Part shown: positions 1 through 8,952 of the stretch, piece by piece
How positions within the stretch are numbered: the stretch's first letter is position 1
Layout of the letters: the number at the start of each line of letters is the position of its first letter
IMG/VR virus record: IMGVR_UViG_3300023218_000003
Location: 10,592-74,591 of that record
Origin: a virus
Lineage: Duplodnaviria > Caudoviricetes
Reading direction: 5' to 3' (one strand)
DNA: 64,000 bases
Notes under the pieces: model-generated
Told to the model about the DNA's origin: nothing
The model's database searches: none
What the model saw: the letters and a program-made list of their open reading frames with translations, nothing else
Program-made: the position numbers and the translations under genes

Positions 1-72
1 GGGATCGGCAAGTCGACTGCGAACGCAATCAGAAATGGTCTGTATGATCATCTGCTTGAAGCGGAGAAATAG
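1..72 (+). CDS. 3' end of a gene truncated by the window edge; helix-hairpin-helix motif
   Basis: Frame 1 reads GIGKSTANAIRNGLYDHLLEAEK-TAG; GIGxxTA is the HhH signature. Confidence 0.5.
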   Translation, partial: GIGKSTANAIRNGLYDHLLEAEK

Positions 73-89
73 AACGACGACATTCATCG

Positions 90-371
90 ATGTCACGAAG
101 ATCGATCAATCTTGACGACAGCGCAGAAGCGAAGCCGACACGTCGACGGCGTGTCGAATTGTCGAACGGCAGATTCTTCCCTTATCATGATCACAGCAAT
201 CACGAAGTCGAAGTTCATGTCACTGACGAATCACTGTCTGCTGAAGAAGTCGCTGCGATGGTCAGTGACGCGATCAACGCTGATCTTCAGCGACGAACGA
301 TGACGCCCGAAGAACTGAACTTCAAAGCAGGTGAACGGCGCATCATCAGACGCAAACGAAAGTTCACATGA
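90..371 (+). CDS. hypothetical protein
   Basis: ORF with genome-typical codon usage; ATGA overlap with rnhA. Confidence 0.6.
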   Translation: MSRRSINLDDSAEAKPTRRRRVELSNGRFFPYHDHSNHEVEVHVTDESLSAEEVAAMVSDAINADLQRRTMTPEELNFKAGERRIIRRKRKFT

Positions 372-871
372 TAGACATCTACACAGACGGATCGTGCGGC
401 GCGAAAGATCGCTGCGGCGGCTGGGCATTCGTCGCAGTGCAGCGATCGAAGCGATTCAACCCTGACGTGATGCCGAAGCACGCGATGCCCGACGACGAAG
501 TCATTCACGTCGGCACTGGCGGCGAGACAGACACGACAGTCAATCGAATGGAACTGATGGCGATTCATCGCGCGATGCAGTTCATGTTCGATGCAGACAT
601 GAAGCGCACGAAGATCAGAATCTTCAGCGACTCTGCGTATTCGATCGGCTCGCTGACTGAATGGCATCACAAGCAGTCGAAGTCAAAGTGGCAGAATTCA
701 TTCGGCGAACCGATCGCGAACATGAAGCTGATCAGAACGATGCTTGTGCTTCTTCGCGATCTGCGACAGCAGCACACAGTCGTCTTCGTGAAGATCAAAG
801 GACACAGCGGACATCACTACAATGAAGAAGCAGACAGACACGCAGGCGCTGAACGCGCACGGCGACTTTGA
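368..871 (+). CDS. rnhA: ribonuclease HI
   Basis: IYTDGSC, TNRMELMA-like, FSDSAY, KGHSG..NEEAD: the RNase HI D-E-D-D catalytic set. Confidence 0.93.
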   Translation: MIDIYTDGSCGAKDRCGGWAFVAVQRSKRFNPDVMPKHAMPDDEVIHVGTGGETDTTVNRMELMAIHRAMQFMFDADMKRTKIRIFSDSAYSIGSLTEWHHKQSKSKWQNSFGEPIANMKLIRTMLVLLRDLRQQHTVVFVKIKGHSGHHYNEEADRHAGAERARRL

Positions 872-1436
872 AACAATTTTCAAATACGACGAAGCGAAGA
901 TCGAACAGATCAAGCAAGCACTTCATGATCGTCGATGGGATCACTTCTTGATGTTGCATGAACGCGTTGATCGACTCGCTGCGCTTCACGACTTGATGAT
1001 GCTTCACGGCGTCGTCGACATCGGCGATCGATGGCAATACTTTCGCGCACTGTGGGTCGACAGCGAGACGATCACGCAGCAGTTCGATCAGTGGGCTGAA
1101 CTGATTCGCATGGCTGACGAAGACGATCAGCTTGACGACATCATGACGACTGACGATCAGATACTGATCGAAGCGCTGGACTTCCCGCTTGTCGTGTATC
1201 GCGGCGCAATCGCAGATCGAAACGAACGCGGTATGTCGTTCACGCGATCGAAGAAGCTTGCTGAATGGTTCGCACGTCGCTTCGTCAACGACGCTGACGC
1301 TGTGCTGATCACTGCTGAAGTCACGCGTGAACAAGTCGCATTCATCAGCACTGAACGTGACGAAGATGAAGTCGTCATTCATCCTGATCACCTTGAAGAA
1401 GTATTCGAAGATGCCGAAGTTCGACCTATTCGATGA
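822..1436 (+). CDS. putative ADP-ribosyltransferase-fold protein
   Basis: VYRG ... MSFT..KKLAEWFA ... ERDEDEVVI matches the R-S-E ART motif order; start uncertain. Confidence 0.5.
   Translation: MKKQTDTQALNAHGDFETIFKYDEAKIEQIKQALHDRRWDHFLMLHERVDRLAALHDLMMLHGVVDIGDRWQYFRALWVDSETITQQFDQWAELIRMADEDDQLDDIMTTDDQILIEALDFPLVVYRGAIADRNERGMSFTRSKKLAEWFARRFVNDADAVLITAEVTREQVAFISTERDEDEVVIHPDHLEEVFEDAEVRPIR
868..883. promoter_or_regulatory. operator-like palindrome TTGAAA-N4-TTTCAA
   Basis: TTGAAACAATTTTCAA. Confidence 0.7.
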
Positions 1437-1923
1437 CACGATCGTCAGAAATATCAGCTACGATCAACAGAAGCACGACATCTGCAATGAACACGGGATG
1501 ATCGTCGCGACTGCGATTGCACACACAGACTTCACAGCGAAAGGAATCAAAGACAACGCAATCGGGATGATCGATCTACAAGGCAGAGAAATCACCGTCA
1601 GTGGCAAGAAAGCGATCGTGACGAATATCAGCGTCAGTGCAAGTGCGACGGGCTTCGACGAATACACGATCGAAGGAAAAATCTACGGCAACGACGACGC
1701 AGTTCAGTCACACACTGAAGCGCTGAAAGCGTCTGCTGAAGTGCTGAAGAAACAATTTGAAGAAGAACGTGCGAAGTTCGAAGCAGAGAAGAAGCGACTT
1801 GCTGAAGAAGCCCGTCGACTGGAAGAAGAACGACTGCGCGCTGAAGAACTTGAACGCAATCGTGTGAAGACGCGCATCATTCGACTGCGCAAGTATCGGG
1901 AAAAGAAGACTGGACAAGAATGA
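1411..1923 (+). CDS. hypothetical protein with C-terminal coiled coil
   Basis: ORF; E/R/K-rich helical C-terminus. Confidence 0.6.
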   Translation: MPKFDLFDDTIVRNISYDQQKHDICNEHGMIVATAIAHTDFTAKGIKDNAIGMIDLQGREITVSGKKAIVTNISVSASATGFDEYTIEGKIYGNDDAVQSHTEALKASAEVLKKQFEEERAKFEAEKKRLAEEARRLEEERLRAEELERNRVKTRIIRLRKYREKKTGQE

Positions 1924-1950
1924 ACTGTTCGATTTATCTTTCACGCGTTC

Positions 1951-2187
1951 ATGTCGAATACTGTAGAACGCGACCCAAGAAACGACCCACGAACGAGCGA
2001 TGTGGTCGAGCGCATCAGCACGACGTCGGGCAACCCGCTGCGACGCATCGTCGTCATGCGGGACGGGATGCAAGTCTTCTACAAGACAAGCGTCGACGGC
2101 GACGTGCTGAAGTGCTGGGTCATGACTTGGCGCGAATGGGCAATCGACTGCGACGTCAAGCAGATCGGCGATCAGATTGTCGAATAG
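1951..2187 (+). CDS. hypothetical protein
   Basis: ORF with typical codon usage; TAG stop. Confidence 0.55.
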   Translation: MSNTVERDPRNDPRTSDVVERISTTSGNPLRRIVVMRDGMQVFYKTSVDGDVLKCWVMTWREWAIDCDVKQIGDQIVE

Positions 2188-2194
2188 ATCGCTG

Positions 2195-2222
2195 TTGCGC
2201 GTTTCAAGAATGCGCTATATTT
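2195..2222 (+). promoter_or_regulatory. early promoter-like motif
   Basis: TTGCGC-GTTT-CAAGAA-TGCGC-TATATT. Confidence 0.55.
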
Positions 2223-2340
2223 ACGAACGCACGTGCGACGGATTTTCATTCTGTTGTTCGTGACATCGATGATGACAACGGCAGCGCGTCGGCGCTTTTG
2301 TGAGTCGGCGCGCTGCTTCATCAACAACAACAGTGAAGAC

Positions 2341-2964
2341 ATGAATCGAAACGATATTGAAAGACTGATGCGCGCAGAACTTCGCGAGAAAGCACAGCGC
2401 AAGCGCACGCTTCAAGAAATGCAGCAGCACGCTGATCAGATTTCGCAGTCGTTTTCGACAGCAGCAGGATCGTTCTTCACATCGTCTTCATACTTTTCTG
2501 GCAGCAACAACACACACACACAATCCCGGCACATGAACTTCGAACAGATCATCAACATCATCAGCGTCGCGACAGTCGTCTTCACGATCTGTCTGATCGT
2601 TGCTGCAATCGGCTTCAGAATTCTTCCGCGACTCGCGACGCGCCCGCCGTGGTGGTTGTCGAGACGTGCGAAGAACTTCTTGGGACGTTTCGTCGGATAC
2701 GGCGAATGCAAGTGCTGCGGCGACACGTGGAACTGGAAGAAAGCGCACACGACTGAAATCGTCGACGCTGACGGTGAAGTTCGCGGCGGCGTCTTCCCGC
2801 TGTGTGAAGATTGCTGGCACGATCTTGCGATTCCCGAAGAACGCGAACCCTACTATCACAAGCTGTTCGATGAATGGATGAAAGAAGCGCCGCATCACGT
2901 GCGCATTCGCATCGAACAAGAAGATCGCCCGAAAGCGATCATGGCAGTTCAGAACGGCAACTGA
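2341..2964 (+). CDS. hypothetical membrane protein with CxxC pairs
   Basis: Hydrophobic segment IINIISVATVVFTICLIVAAIG; CKCC and CEDC; start uncertain. Confidence 0.55.
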   Translation: MNRNDIERLMRAELREKAQRKRTLQEMQQHADQISQSFSTAAGSFFTSSSYFSGSNNTHTQSRHMNFEQIINIISVATVVFTICLIVAAIGFRILPRLATRPPWWLSRRAKNFLGRFVGYGECKCCGDTWNWKKAHTTEIVDADGEVRGGVFPLCEDCWHDLAIPEEREPYYHKLFDEWMKEAPHHVRIRIEQEDRPKAIMAVQNGN

Positions 2965-2965
2965 C

Positions 2966-3625
2966 ATGGCAACACATTCAACAGCATCAACAACAGACAG
3001 CAGCGCACCGAAGTTCGCATCTGCGACGCGCGTCGAATGGGAGACACGACACGAAGCACACGAAAGCGAACGTCGCTTGATGTGTCTGCTAGTGTCAGCA
3101 GACTGGGTGAAGACGTTCTTCGAAGCGACGCAAGATCACGACATGTGGATTCACTACGAAGGCGTCGAAGGCTGCAACGACGGCAAAGCACAAGTGCGAA
3201 CTGTCGAATGGTCGATCATGCGACAGTGTTTTCAGATCGTCGTCTGGCATCCGTCGTTCGAAGTCGTCGATCAGCACGAAGCGATGCCGACAGTCGAAGT
3301 CGAACTTCAGTCGTTGAACGCACGCACAGCAGAGTCGCAGAAGATTCTGAACACGACGCGAACGTCACTGCGTCGCATTCAGTTTCGAAAGAAGAAGCGT
3401 CAGCAGAAAGAATCGTCGCACTGGCAGACGGGCGTGCCGCCAGCGAACGTGCATATCGTTCTTGAAATCGCTGAAGGCGAAATGCGCGGCGGTCGCGTCG
3501 TCGCAATCGATCACGCGAAGGATGAATTCGTCTTTTCGTATGGCGACGCGATGCTTCAGCGCTTCGACAAGACACAGTTCAACATGCGATGGATGACGAT
3601 GGAGAAACTAGCAGCACTGCCATGA
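2966..3625 (+). CDS. hypothetical protein
   Basis: ORF, tightly packed with neighbours. Confidence 0.6.
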   Translation: MATHSTASTTDSSAPKFASATRVEWETRHEAHESERRLMCLLVSADWVKTFFEATQDHDMWIHYEGVEGCNDGKAQVRTVEWSIMRQCFQIVVWHPSFEVVDQHEAMPTVEVELQSLNARTAESQKILNTTRTSLRRIQFRKKKRQQKESSHWQTGVPPANVHIVLEIAEGEMRGGRVVAIDHAKDEFVFSYGDAMLQRFDKTQFNMRWMTMEKLAALP

Positions 3626-3879
3626 CACTGACAGAAAAACTGATCGCGATCGCGATCGTCGTCTTCATGTGTGTGATCGCTGCTGCGATCGGCGGCTTCA
3701 TCGTCTTCGTGAACATGCACGAAATCGTCATCTATCTTGACGACGAACAACGCGACGACATCGAAGAAGTGAATCAACTGCATCGCGAACACGCGCAAGC
3801 GTATCGCGCAAGAACTGAAGAACATGAAGACGACACTGATCACAGCGCTGCTGATGACGTGCGCACTGACGCACGCTGA
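3622..3879 (+). CDS. small membrane protein
   Basis: N-terminal TM segment LIAIAIVVFMCVIAAAIGGFIVFV. Confidence 0.55.
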   Translation: MTLTEKLIAIAIVVFMCVIAAAIGGFIVFVNMHEIVIYLDDEQRDDIEEVNQLHREHAQAYRARTEEHEDDTDHSAADDVRTDAR

Positions 3880-4111
3880 ACACGAAGAAGACGAAGTGCA
3901 GACTGACAGTCGCGGTCGCGAACTGCCCGTGCTGATGCCGAAGCACGTCGACGAAGACGGGCACGCAGCGACACACGCAGACATGATCGATCCGCTGCAC
4001 GCTGCGTCGCTGCTGTTCCCTGACGATCTGATCGAACAGATCGAATGCGAACACGAAGCTGAAGAATCGCAACGCAGACAGCGTCGCTTCAGACTCAACA
4101 CGAAGAAATGA
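3824..4111 (+). CDS. hypothetical secreted protein
   Basis: Signal-peptide-like MKTTLITALLMTCALTHA. Confidence 0.45.
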   Translation: MKTTLITALLMTCALTHAEHEEDEVQTDSRGRELPVLMPKHVDEDGHAATHADMIDPLHAASLLFPDDLIEQIECEHEAEESQRRQRRFRLNTKK

Positions 4112-4116
4112 CTTTC

Positions 4117-4188
4117 GCGCACGTGGCTGACTGGTAAAGCGATCGACTCTAAATCGACGACATGCGGGTTCGAATCCCGCCGTGCGCA
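4117..4188 (+). tRNA. tRNA with CUA anticodon (amber suppressor, tRNA-Sup)
   Basis: Cloverleaf: acceptor GCGCACG/CGTGCGC + A73; D arm GCT-GACTGGTAA-AGC; anticodon arm ATCGA-CT(CTA)AA-TCGAC, anticodon at 4149-4151; T arm GCGGG-TTCGAAT-CCCGC; CCA not encoded. Confidence 0.88.
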
Positions 4189-4214
4189 TCACACAGCAAA
4201 AACAAGAACAACAC

Positions 4215-4478
4215 ATGAAGAAGAACACGTTCAAGCATCAGCTTGGAAAAGAAGCAAGATCGAAGACGACGAAGCTGAAAGGCATTCTGACAGCGCGCAG
4301 CGAAAATCTGTATGGCTGCAATCGATACTTCGTTCAGCCGCCAGTCGACAAAGATCAGAAACTTCCCGATGGCTGGTGGCACGACGAAGACGACATCGAA
4401 GTCATCGGCGACGGCGTCGACGCGAAGCGCAGCGAAGACAAGAATCAGAACGGCGGGCCGATCAGCAAGTCGAAATAG
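4215..4478 (+). CDS. hypothetical protein
   Basis: ORF after tRNA; TAG stop. Confidence 0.65.
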   Translation: MKKNTFKHQLGKEARSKTTKLKGILTARSENLYGCNRYFVQPPVDKDQKLPDGWWHDEDDIEVIGDGVDAKRSEDKNQNGGPISKSK

Positions 4479-4562
4479 ATTCGCGCGCCGCCTTCGCATT
4501 CGTGAACTGACTGACAAAGACACGAACACGAATGACGAACTGAACTGAACAAACTATCTGAA

Positions 4563-5219
4563 ATGAAATTGAAAGAACTGACATCAAACGCGCTGCATGA
4601 CAGCAGCTTCGTGCCTGACGAACTTGTCGGGCAACACGTATCGATCCCCGATCGCACATCTTCGCTGAACGTCTATCGCGTGAACGAAGACAAGTCGCTG
4701 ACTGAAGTGCTGCCGAAGAACAAGAAGCGTCGCGTGAAGAAGCGCGTCGACTTTCAGCATCGTGACAAGCGCGCGCTGCTGAAGATCAAGATCAAGTCGC
4801 TTGACGCTGAAATGCGAATCATTCGACTTGAAGAACAGAAGACGCCGTCGCTGTCGCGATACATCGAACTGCGTGCGCATCGCAAAGCACTGGGACAGAA
4901 GTCGCGTGCTGCGCAGCTTGCGCTTGCGTTCATTCGCGGTCGACGCATCGAACAAGTCGAGTCGCTTCCCGCGCCGACGACGATCAATTCGTTCGAACGA
5001 CCCGCAGACGTTGCGCGTCTGCTTGCTGACGTGCGAAAGAACATCATGACGTTCGCTGACAATCCCGAATCAGTGTCGACTGACGACGATCACGAACGCT
5101 GGCTTCGTGAAGCATCTGACTTCTTGATTCACGCAAAAGTCTACAGCGGCAGAGAAGGCGGCATCAGCAGCATCAGTGACGATGACGCGCTTCATGACTT
5201 GCGACTTGCGACAGCGTGA
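4563..5219 (+). CDS. conserved phage hypothetical protein
   Basis: LKIKIKSLDAEMRIIRLEE..HR..RAAQLALAFIRG resembles a recurrent phage family (from memory). Confidence 0.6.
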   Translation: MKLKELTSNALHDSSFVPDELVGQHVSIPDRTSSLNVYRVNEDKSLTEVLPKNKKRRVKKRVDFQHRDKRALLKIKIKSLDAEMRIIRLEEQKTPSLSRYIELRAHRKALGQKSRAAQLALAFIRGRRIEQVESLPAPTTINSFERPADVARLLADVRKNIMTFADNPESVSTDDDHERWLREASDFLIHAKVYSGREGGISSISDDDALHDLRLATA

Positions 5220-6034
5220 CGATAGATTTCGGCGCACTTCTCGACAGCGTGCGGCGCATACGGGAAGAAGAAGCCGTGATTGAACAGCTTCTGTGCTGAC
5301 AGCACGCACTGACTGCGCTTGATCTTCACAAGCTTCGAAAGACGTTCGTCGTTCATCCAAGCGCAGCGCAGCTTCAGCGCTTCAGCGATGTCGCGAGTCG
5401 TGACGAAGTGCGGGTTCGTCGCGTGAAAGATGCCCGAAGCGAAGTGCTTCTTGCGAATGATGAACAAGATCAGCGAAGTCAGATCGTCGACGCACGTGAC
5501 GCTGTTCTTGTGATTCACAAGCGTCGAATACTTCGACAGCTTGCTGAACAGATTGCGATCGTGAACGCGACCGTCGAACGGCAGTCTGATGCGCAAACTG
5601 ATCGGTTCATGTGCGTTTCGCATCGCGAATGTTTCAGCAAGAATCTTCGTCTGACGATAGACGCCCGTCAGAAGATTCGGCTGATCATCTTCAGTGAATT
5701 CGCAGAATTCGTCGCCGTCGAACACGCAGCCTGTCGACAAGTGAATCAGTCGCGTGTTCGTGACTGACGATGCGTCTGTGATCATGCGTGCAAGATCAAG
5801 ATTGTCGCGCATCGTGATTTCGACATGATCTTCACAGTCATCGATGTTCTTCTGACCTGCGAAGCCTGCTGCGTTGATCACGAAGTCGCACGCGCTGATC
5901 TGATCTGCGATCTGTTCTTCAGTCTTCGTCTGTTCGCGCGACAGCACGTGAAGTTCGATGCTGTGTTCTGCTAGTTTCTCGGCGATTGCGCTGCCGATGT
6001 ATCCGCTTCCGATGATTGCAATGTGTCGTTCCAT
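5192..6034 (-). CDS. NDP-4-keto-6-deoxyglucose 3,5-epimerase/4-reductase (NRS/ER, RmlD-like extended SDR; rhamnose synthesis)
   Basis: IIGSGYIG Rossmann motif; NAAGFAGQKNIDDCE, STGCVF, catalytic YRQTK, LRIRLP, RNLFSKL, NSVTCVDD, GIFHATNP follow the NRS/ER motif series. Confidence 0.85.
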   Translation of the reverse strand: MERHIAIIGSGYIGSAIAEKLAEHSIELHVLSREQTKTEEQIADQISACDFVINAAGFAGQKNIDDCEDHVEITMRDNLDLARMITDASSVTNTRLIHLSTGCVFDGDEFCEFTEDDQPNLLTGVYRQTKILAETFAMRNAHEPISLRIRLPFDGRVHDRNLFSKLSKYSTLVNHKNSVTCVDDLTSLILFIIRKKHFASGIFHATNPHFVTTRDIAEALKLRCAWMNDERLSKLVKIKRSQCVLSAQKLFNHGFFFPYAPHAVEKCAEIYRHAVASRKS

Positions 6035-6062
6035 AAGACTTCAAATCTACTGAATGAAAGCG

Positions 6063-6083
6063 CTGGACGCAAGCTGACGAACG
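6063..6083 (+). promoter_or_regulatory. late promoter-like motif (variant)
   Basis: CTGGAC-N9-CGAACG-TGGCA. Confidence 0.45.
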
Positions 6084-6123
6084 TGGCAATCTTGGCAGCG
6101 GCGGGCGCGGCGGTCTTCTCGGC

Positions 6124-6489
6124 GTGATTCTTCCCGGCTTCGACTACGCTGACGACTACGATCGCACGTTCGCAGAAGCGACGCAGCCGACACGCATCGA
6201 AGTCACTGAACAAGGCATGATCATCGAAGGCATCGTCGATCACTCGACAGGCGCAGACATCAAAGGCAACGCGATCAATCGCGGCATCAGAAACGTCAGC
6301 ACACTTGTCGGCTGGTTGAAGCTGATGGGCACTGTCGAAGCTGTGAATCTTGCGAACGAAATCACTGAACGTGCAAAGAACGCGGGCACGACTGACGTGC
6401 GTCTTCAAGAACTGTTCACGCAAGAAGAACTGGCAAGCATCGACGCTGATCTGACTTCGATGCTTGCTGAAATTGAAGCAGCGCAATGA
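6124..6489 (+). CDS. hypothetical protein (possibly late/virion)
   Basis: ORF downstream of a late-promoter-like motif at 6063; start uncertain. Confidence 0.55.
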   Translation: MILPGFDYADDYDRTFAEATQPTRIEVTEQGMIIEGIVDHSTGADIKGNAINRGIRNVSTLVGWLKLMGTVEAVNLANEITERAKNAGTTDVRLQELFTQEELASIDADLTSMLAEIEAAQ

Positions 6490-7076
6490 AAACGATCTTC
6501 ATCTACGTCAACGGCATTCTGACACGTCCCGGCAGTGCAGATAATTGGAACGGCAAAGCAGTCACGTGGACACATCTTCACACGTCGCATCGCGCAGAGA
6601 AGATCGAATATTACGTCGGGCCGATCAGTCGCGTGCTAGGGCAGAAGAAGCGCAGCGCGAAGCTTGCAAAGACACTGCGCTTCTATGATCGCGACGACTG
6701 GCGCATCGTGCTTGTCGGTCACAGCAACGGCGGCAACGTCATCTGCAATGCGCTGAAAGAATCGACACGCAGCGTGCTTGATCGCATCGACGCGATTCAT
6801 CTGATCGCGCCTGCAAGTGAAGCAGACTTCGACAAGAACGGACTGAACTTCGTCGGCGCACCCGTGCGCGTCTACATCGGCACACGCGACAGCGCACTGA
6901 AGATCAGCAGCAGCTTCGGTCGTCTTCTCGGCTACGGTTCACTTGGCAAAGACGGGCCGCAGAACGTCAGACTTGATGACGTGCGCGTCACGTTCGAAGA
7001 CTTCGGTCACGGCGACTGGTTCGCTGATCAGAATCTTGACGACACGTTCAAACAGATCACTGGACACGCTGCGTGA
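6486..7076 (+). CDS. alpha/beta hydrolase
   Basis: Nucleophile elbow VLVGHSNGG; C-terminal GHGDW. Confidence 0.8.
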   Translation: MKTIFIYVNGILTRPGSADNWNGKAVTWTHLHTSHRAEKIEYYVGPISRVLGQKKRSAKLAKTLRFYDRDDWRIVLVGHSNGGNVICNALKESTRSVLDRIDAIHLIAPASEADFDKNGLNFVGAPVRVYIGTRDSALKISSSFGRLLGYGSLGKDGPQNVRLDDVRVTFEDFGHGDWFADQNLDDTFKQITGHAA

Positions 7077-7087
7077 TTCGTCGCAGA
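7060..7087 (+). promoter_or_regulatory. late promoter-like motif
   Basis: CTGGAC-N9-GATTCG-TCGCAGA. Confidence 0.55.
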
Positions 7088-7204
7088 CTTGAAACATGCC
7101 ACGTTTCAAAATCGATGATGTTCCGCCGCATGTAGCGATTCGCGCAGATCAAGATCAGCAGCAGCAGCGCGAACGACACTTCAGCAGGCAGCGGCGCACG
7201 CACT

Positions 7205-7732
7205 GTGCTTGTGCAAGGTGTCGACTCTGACATGATCGAAATCAGTGAAGCTGTCACGCTGAACGGTCAGACAGCAGTCACTACGACGAACACGTTCAAG
7301 TGCGTCACGAAGATCACAGTCACGTCAGCAGGCGCGACGGGTTCGAACGAAGGCGTCATCTACGCGAGAAGCGGCACTGTCACTGCTGGTGTCCCTGCTA
7401 CGTTCTACGGTTCAATCGAAATCGGAACGAACATCAGCGCGATCGCAGTTCTGTTCGTGCCGAAAGATCACATCTTCGTCGTGTCACAAATTTTCACATC
7501 GATCGGGGATTCATCGAAGACACGGAACTTCAACTTCAAGCAATACGTGCCCGCGACTGGACTGTGGCTGGAAGCGTTCGACGTTCACACGAAAGAAGCT
7601 GAATTCTTGCTGCCTGTTGTCGCGTATCCCGCACTTGTCGAAGGCAGTGTCATCGATCTGAATGTCGCAGTCGACACAGGCACAGCGAAAGTCACAGCGT
7701 CACTTGCAGGCTATCTGATCGCGCAGCGATGA
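7205..7732 (+). CDS. virion structural-type protein; 5' end disrupted
   Basis: SSSSANDTSAGSGARTVLVQG motif begins upstream of this GTG; in-frame TAG at 7133-7135; promoter-proximal ATG 7096 is in another frame. Confidence 0.6.
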   Translation: MLVQGVDSDMIEISEAVTLNGQTAVTTTNTFKCVTKITVTSAGATGSNEGVIYARSGTVTAGVPATFYGSIEIGTNISAIAVLFVPKDHIFVVSQIFTSIGDSSKTRNFNFKQYVPATGLWLEAFDVHTKEAEFLLPVVAYPALVEGSVIDLNVAVDTGTAKVTASLAGYLIAQR

Positions 7733-8088
7733 ATCCCGCCTACGAATACGAAGCGAAGGTGATCGATGTCTACGATGGCGACACGATCACTTGCGACGTC
7801 GATCTAGGCTTTCACATCACTGCGCGCATCAAGTTTAGACTGTTCGGCATCGACACGCCCGAATTGCGCGGTGAAGAACGTGAAGAAGGTCTGCGCGTGC
7901 GCGACATCGTGCGCGAACGAATTCTGAACAAGCAAGTGCTGTTGAAGTCGCACAAAGGCAAGACGGGAAAATACGGTCGCTGGCTCGCTGAAGTCATCTT
8001 CAATGACGACGACGGCATGAAGACGAATCTGAATCTGCTGCTTGTCGCTGAACGAAACGCTGTCAGCTATTTCGGCGGCAAGCGCTAA
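7729..8088 (+). CDS. thermonuclease (SNase-like) family nuclease
   Basis: VYDGDT, RLFGIDTPE, GKYGRWLA motifs. Confidence 0.88.
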   Translation: MNPAYEYEAKVIDVYDGDTITCDVDLGFHITARIKFRLFGIDTPELRGEEREEGLRVRDIVRERILNKQVLLKSHKGKTGKYGRWLAEVIFNDDDGMKTNLNLLLVAERNAVSYFGGKR

Positions 8089-8122
8089 GAAGTCGCGCAC
8101 GCTGATCGTTCAAGAAGCTGTC

Positions 8123-8521
8123 ATGAAATCACTTCTATTCATCCCGCTTGTCGCTGTCGCACTCAACACTGAAGCAGCGACGATCAAAGTCGACATCAGT
8201 GAAGGTCGACTGACTGTCTTCAAAGGCCCGCTTCCCGTCTTCACGACTCCCGTTCAGACTGCTGCGAACGGTATCGGCTTCAAGATCGGATCGGGAAAGA
8301 CGCCGACAGGCAGCTACACGATCACGAAAGACGACGAACATCGCTTCGGAAAAATCTTGCGCTTGTCAGGCTATCAGGGCAACGCGCGCGGCATTCTTGT
8401 TCACAAGCACTACGGTTCGCTGAACGGCACGTCGGGCTGCATCTGCCCGCACACGCCCGCTGCGATGAATCGTCTGTTCAAGCTTGTGAAAGACGGCGAC
8501 AGAATCATCATCACACGCTGA
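8123..8521 (+). CDS. L,D-transpeptidase (YkuD-like), exported
   Basis: Signal peptide; IKVDISEGRL, GKTPTGSY, ILVH...GTSGCI with catalytic His/Cys. Confidence 0.72.
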   Translation: MKSLLFIPLVAVALNTEAATIKVDISEGRLTVFKGPLPVFTTPVQTAANGIGFKIGSGKTPTGSYTITKDDEHRFGKILRLSGYQGNARGILVHKHYGSLNGTSGCICPHTPAAMNRLFKLVKDGDRIIITR

Positions 8522-8528
8522 TTCGTCG

Positions 8529-8544
8529 TTGAAAATTTTTTCAA
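8529..8544. promoter_or_regulatory. operator-like palindrome
   Basis: TTGAAAATTTTTTCAA. Confidence 0.75.
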
Positions 8545-8564
8545 AACAACACAGCAACGAAGAG

Positions 8565-8590
8565 GCGCATCGGTGACGGTGCGCTTTTTT
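8565..8590 (+). terminator. intrinsic terminator
   Basis: GCGCATCG-GTGA-CGGTGCGC then T6. Confidence 0.75.
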
Positions 8591-8610
8591 CGTGTTACCT
8601 TTTCGACGAC

Positions 8611-8952
8611 ATGAAAACTGCAACACGAATCACGATCATCATCTTCGCGCTGTGTGCTTCTCTGCACGCGCAGAACTTCAGCAGTGATGAAGCGAACGCA
8701 CTGCGACAGATCACGCAGCAGATCGAAGCACAGCGTCAGCAGACAAGCAGCAGCGCATCGTTCGCAGAGTCGCGCAGACTTCTGTTCAAGAAGATCGAAC
8801 GCGAACTGTCAGGGCTTGAAAAACTGCCGAAGCTGACAGCAGATCAGAAGCGCTGGGTGCTTCGCGCTGGTATTGCTGGGAAGAAGGGCGACCCGTTCTA
8901 TCGCCCGTTTCTTCCGCGACTGTATGCGCTGCACTACAAGCACGCGCAGTGA
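8611..8952 (+). CDS. hypothetical secreted protein
   Basis: Signal peptide MKTATRITIIIFALCASLHA. Confidence 0.6.
   Translation: MKTATRITIIIFALCASLHAQNFSSDEANALRQITQQIEAQRQQTSSSASFAESRRLLFKKIERELSGLEKLPKLTADQKRWVLRAGIAGKKGDPFYRPFLPRLYALHYKHAQ

Noticed and set aside
1951-2964. TAG read-through fusing 1951..2187 to the next ORF (same frame, no other stop)
   Set aside because: The intervening DNA holds a promoter motif (2195), a hairpin (~2281-2316) and atypical codons, so it looks intergenic.
4117-4188. tRNA-Pyl interpretation of the CUA tRNA
   Set aside because: It has the canonical D-loop GG, TTC T-loop and a normal-length anticodon stem, unlike tRNA-Pyl; no pyl genes are in the window.
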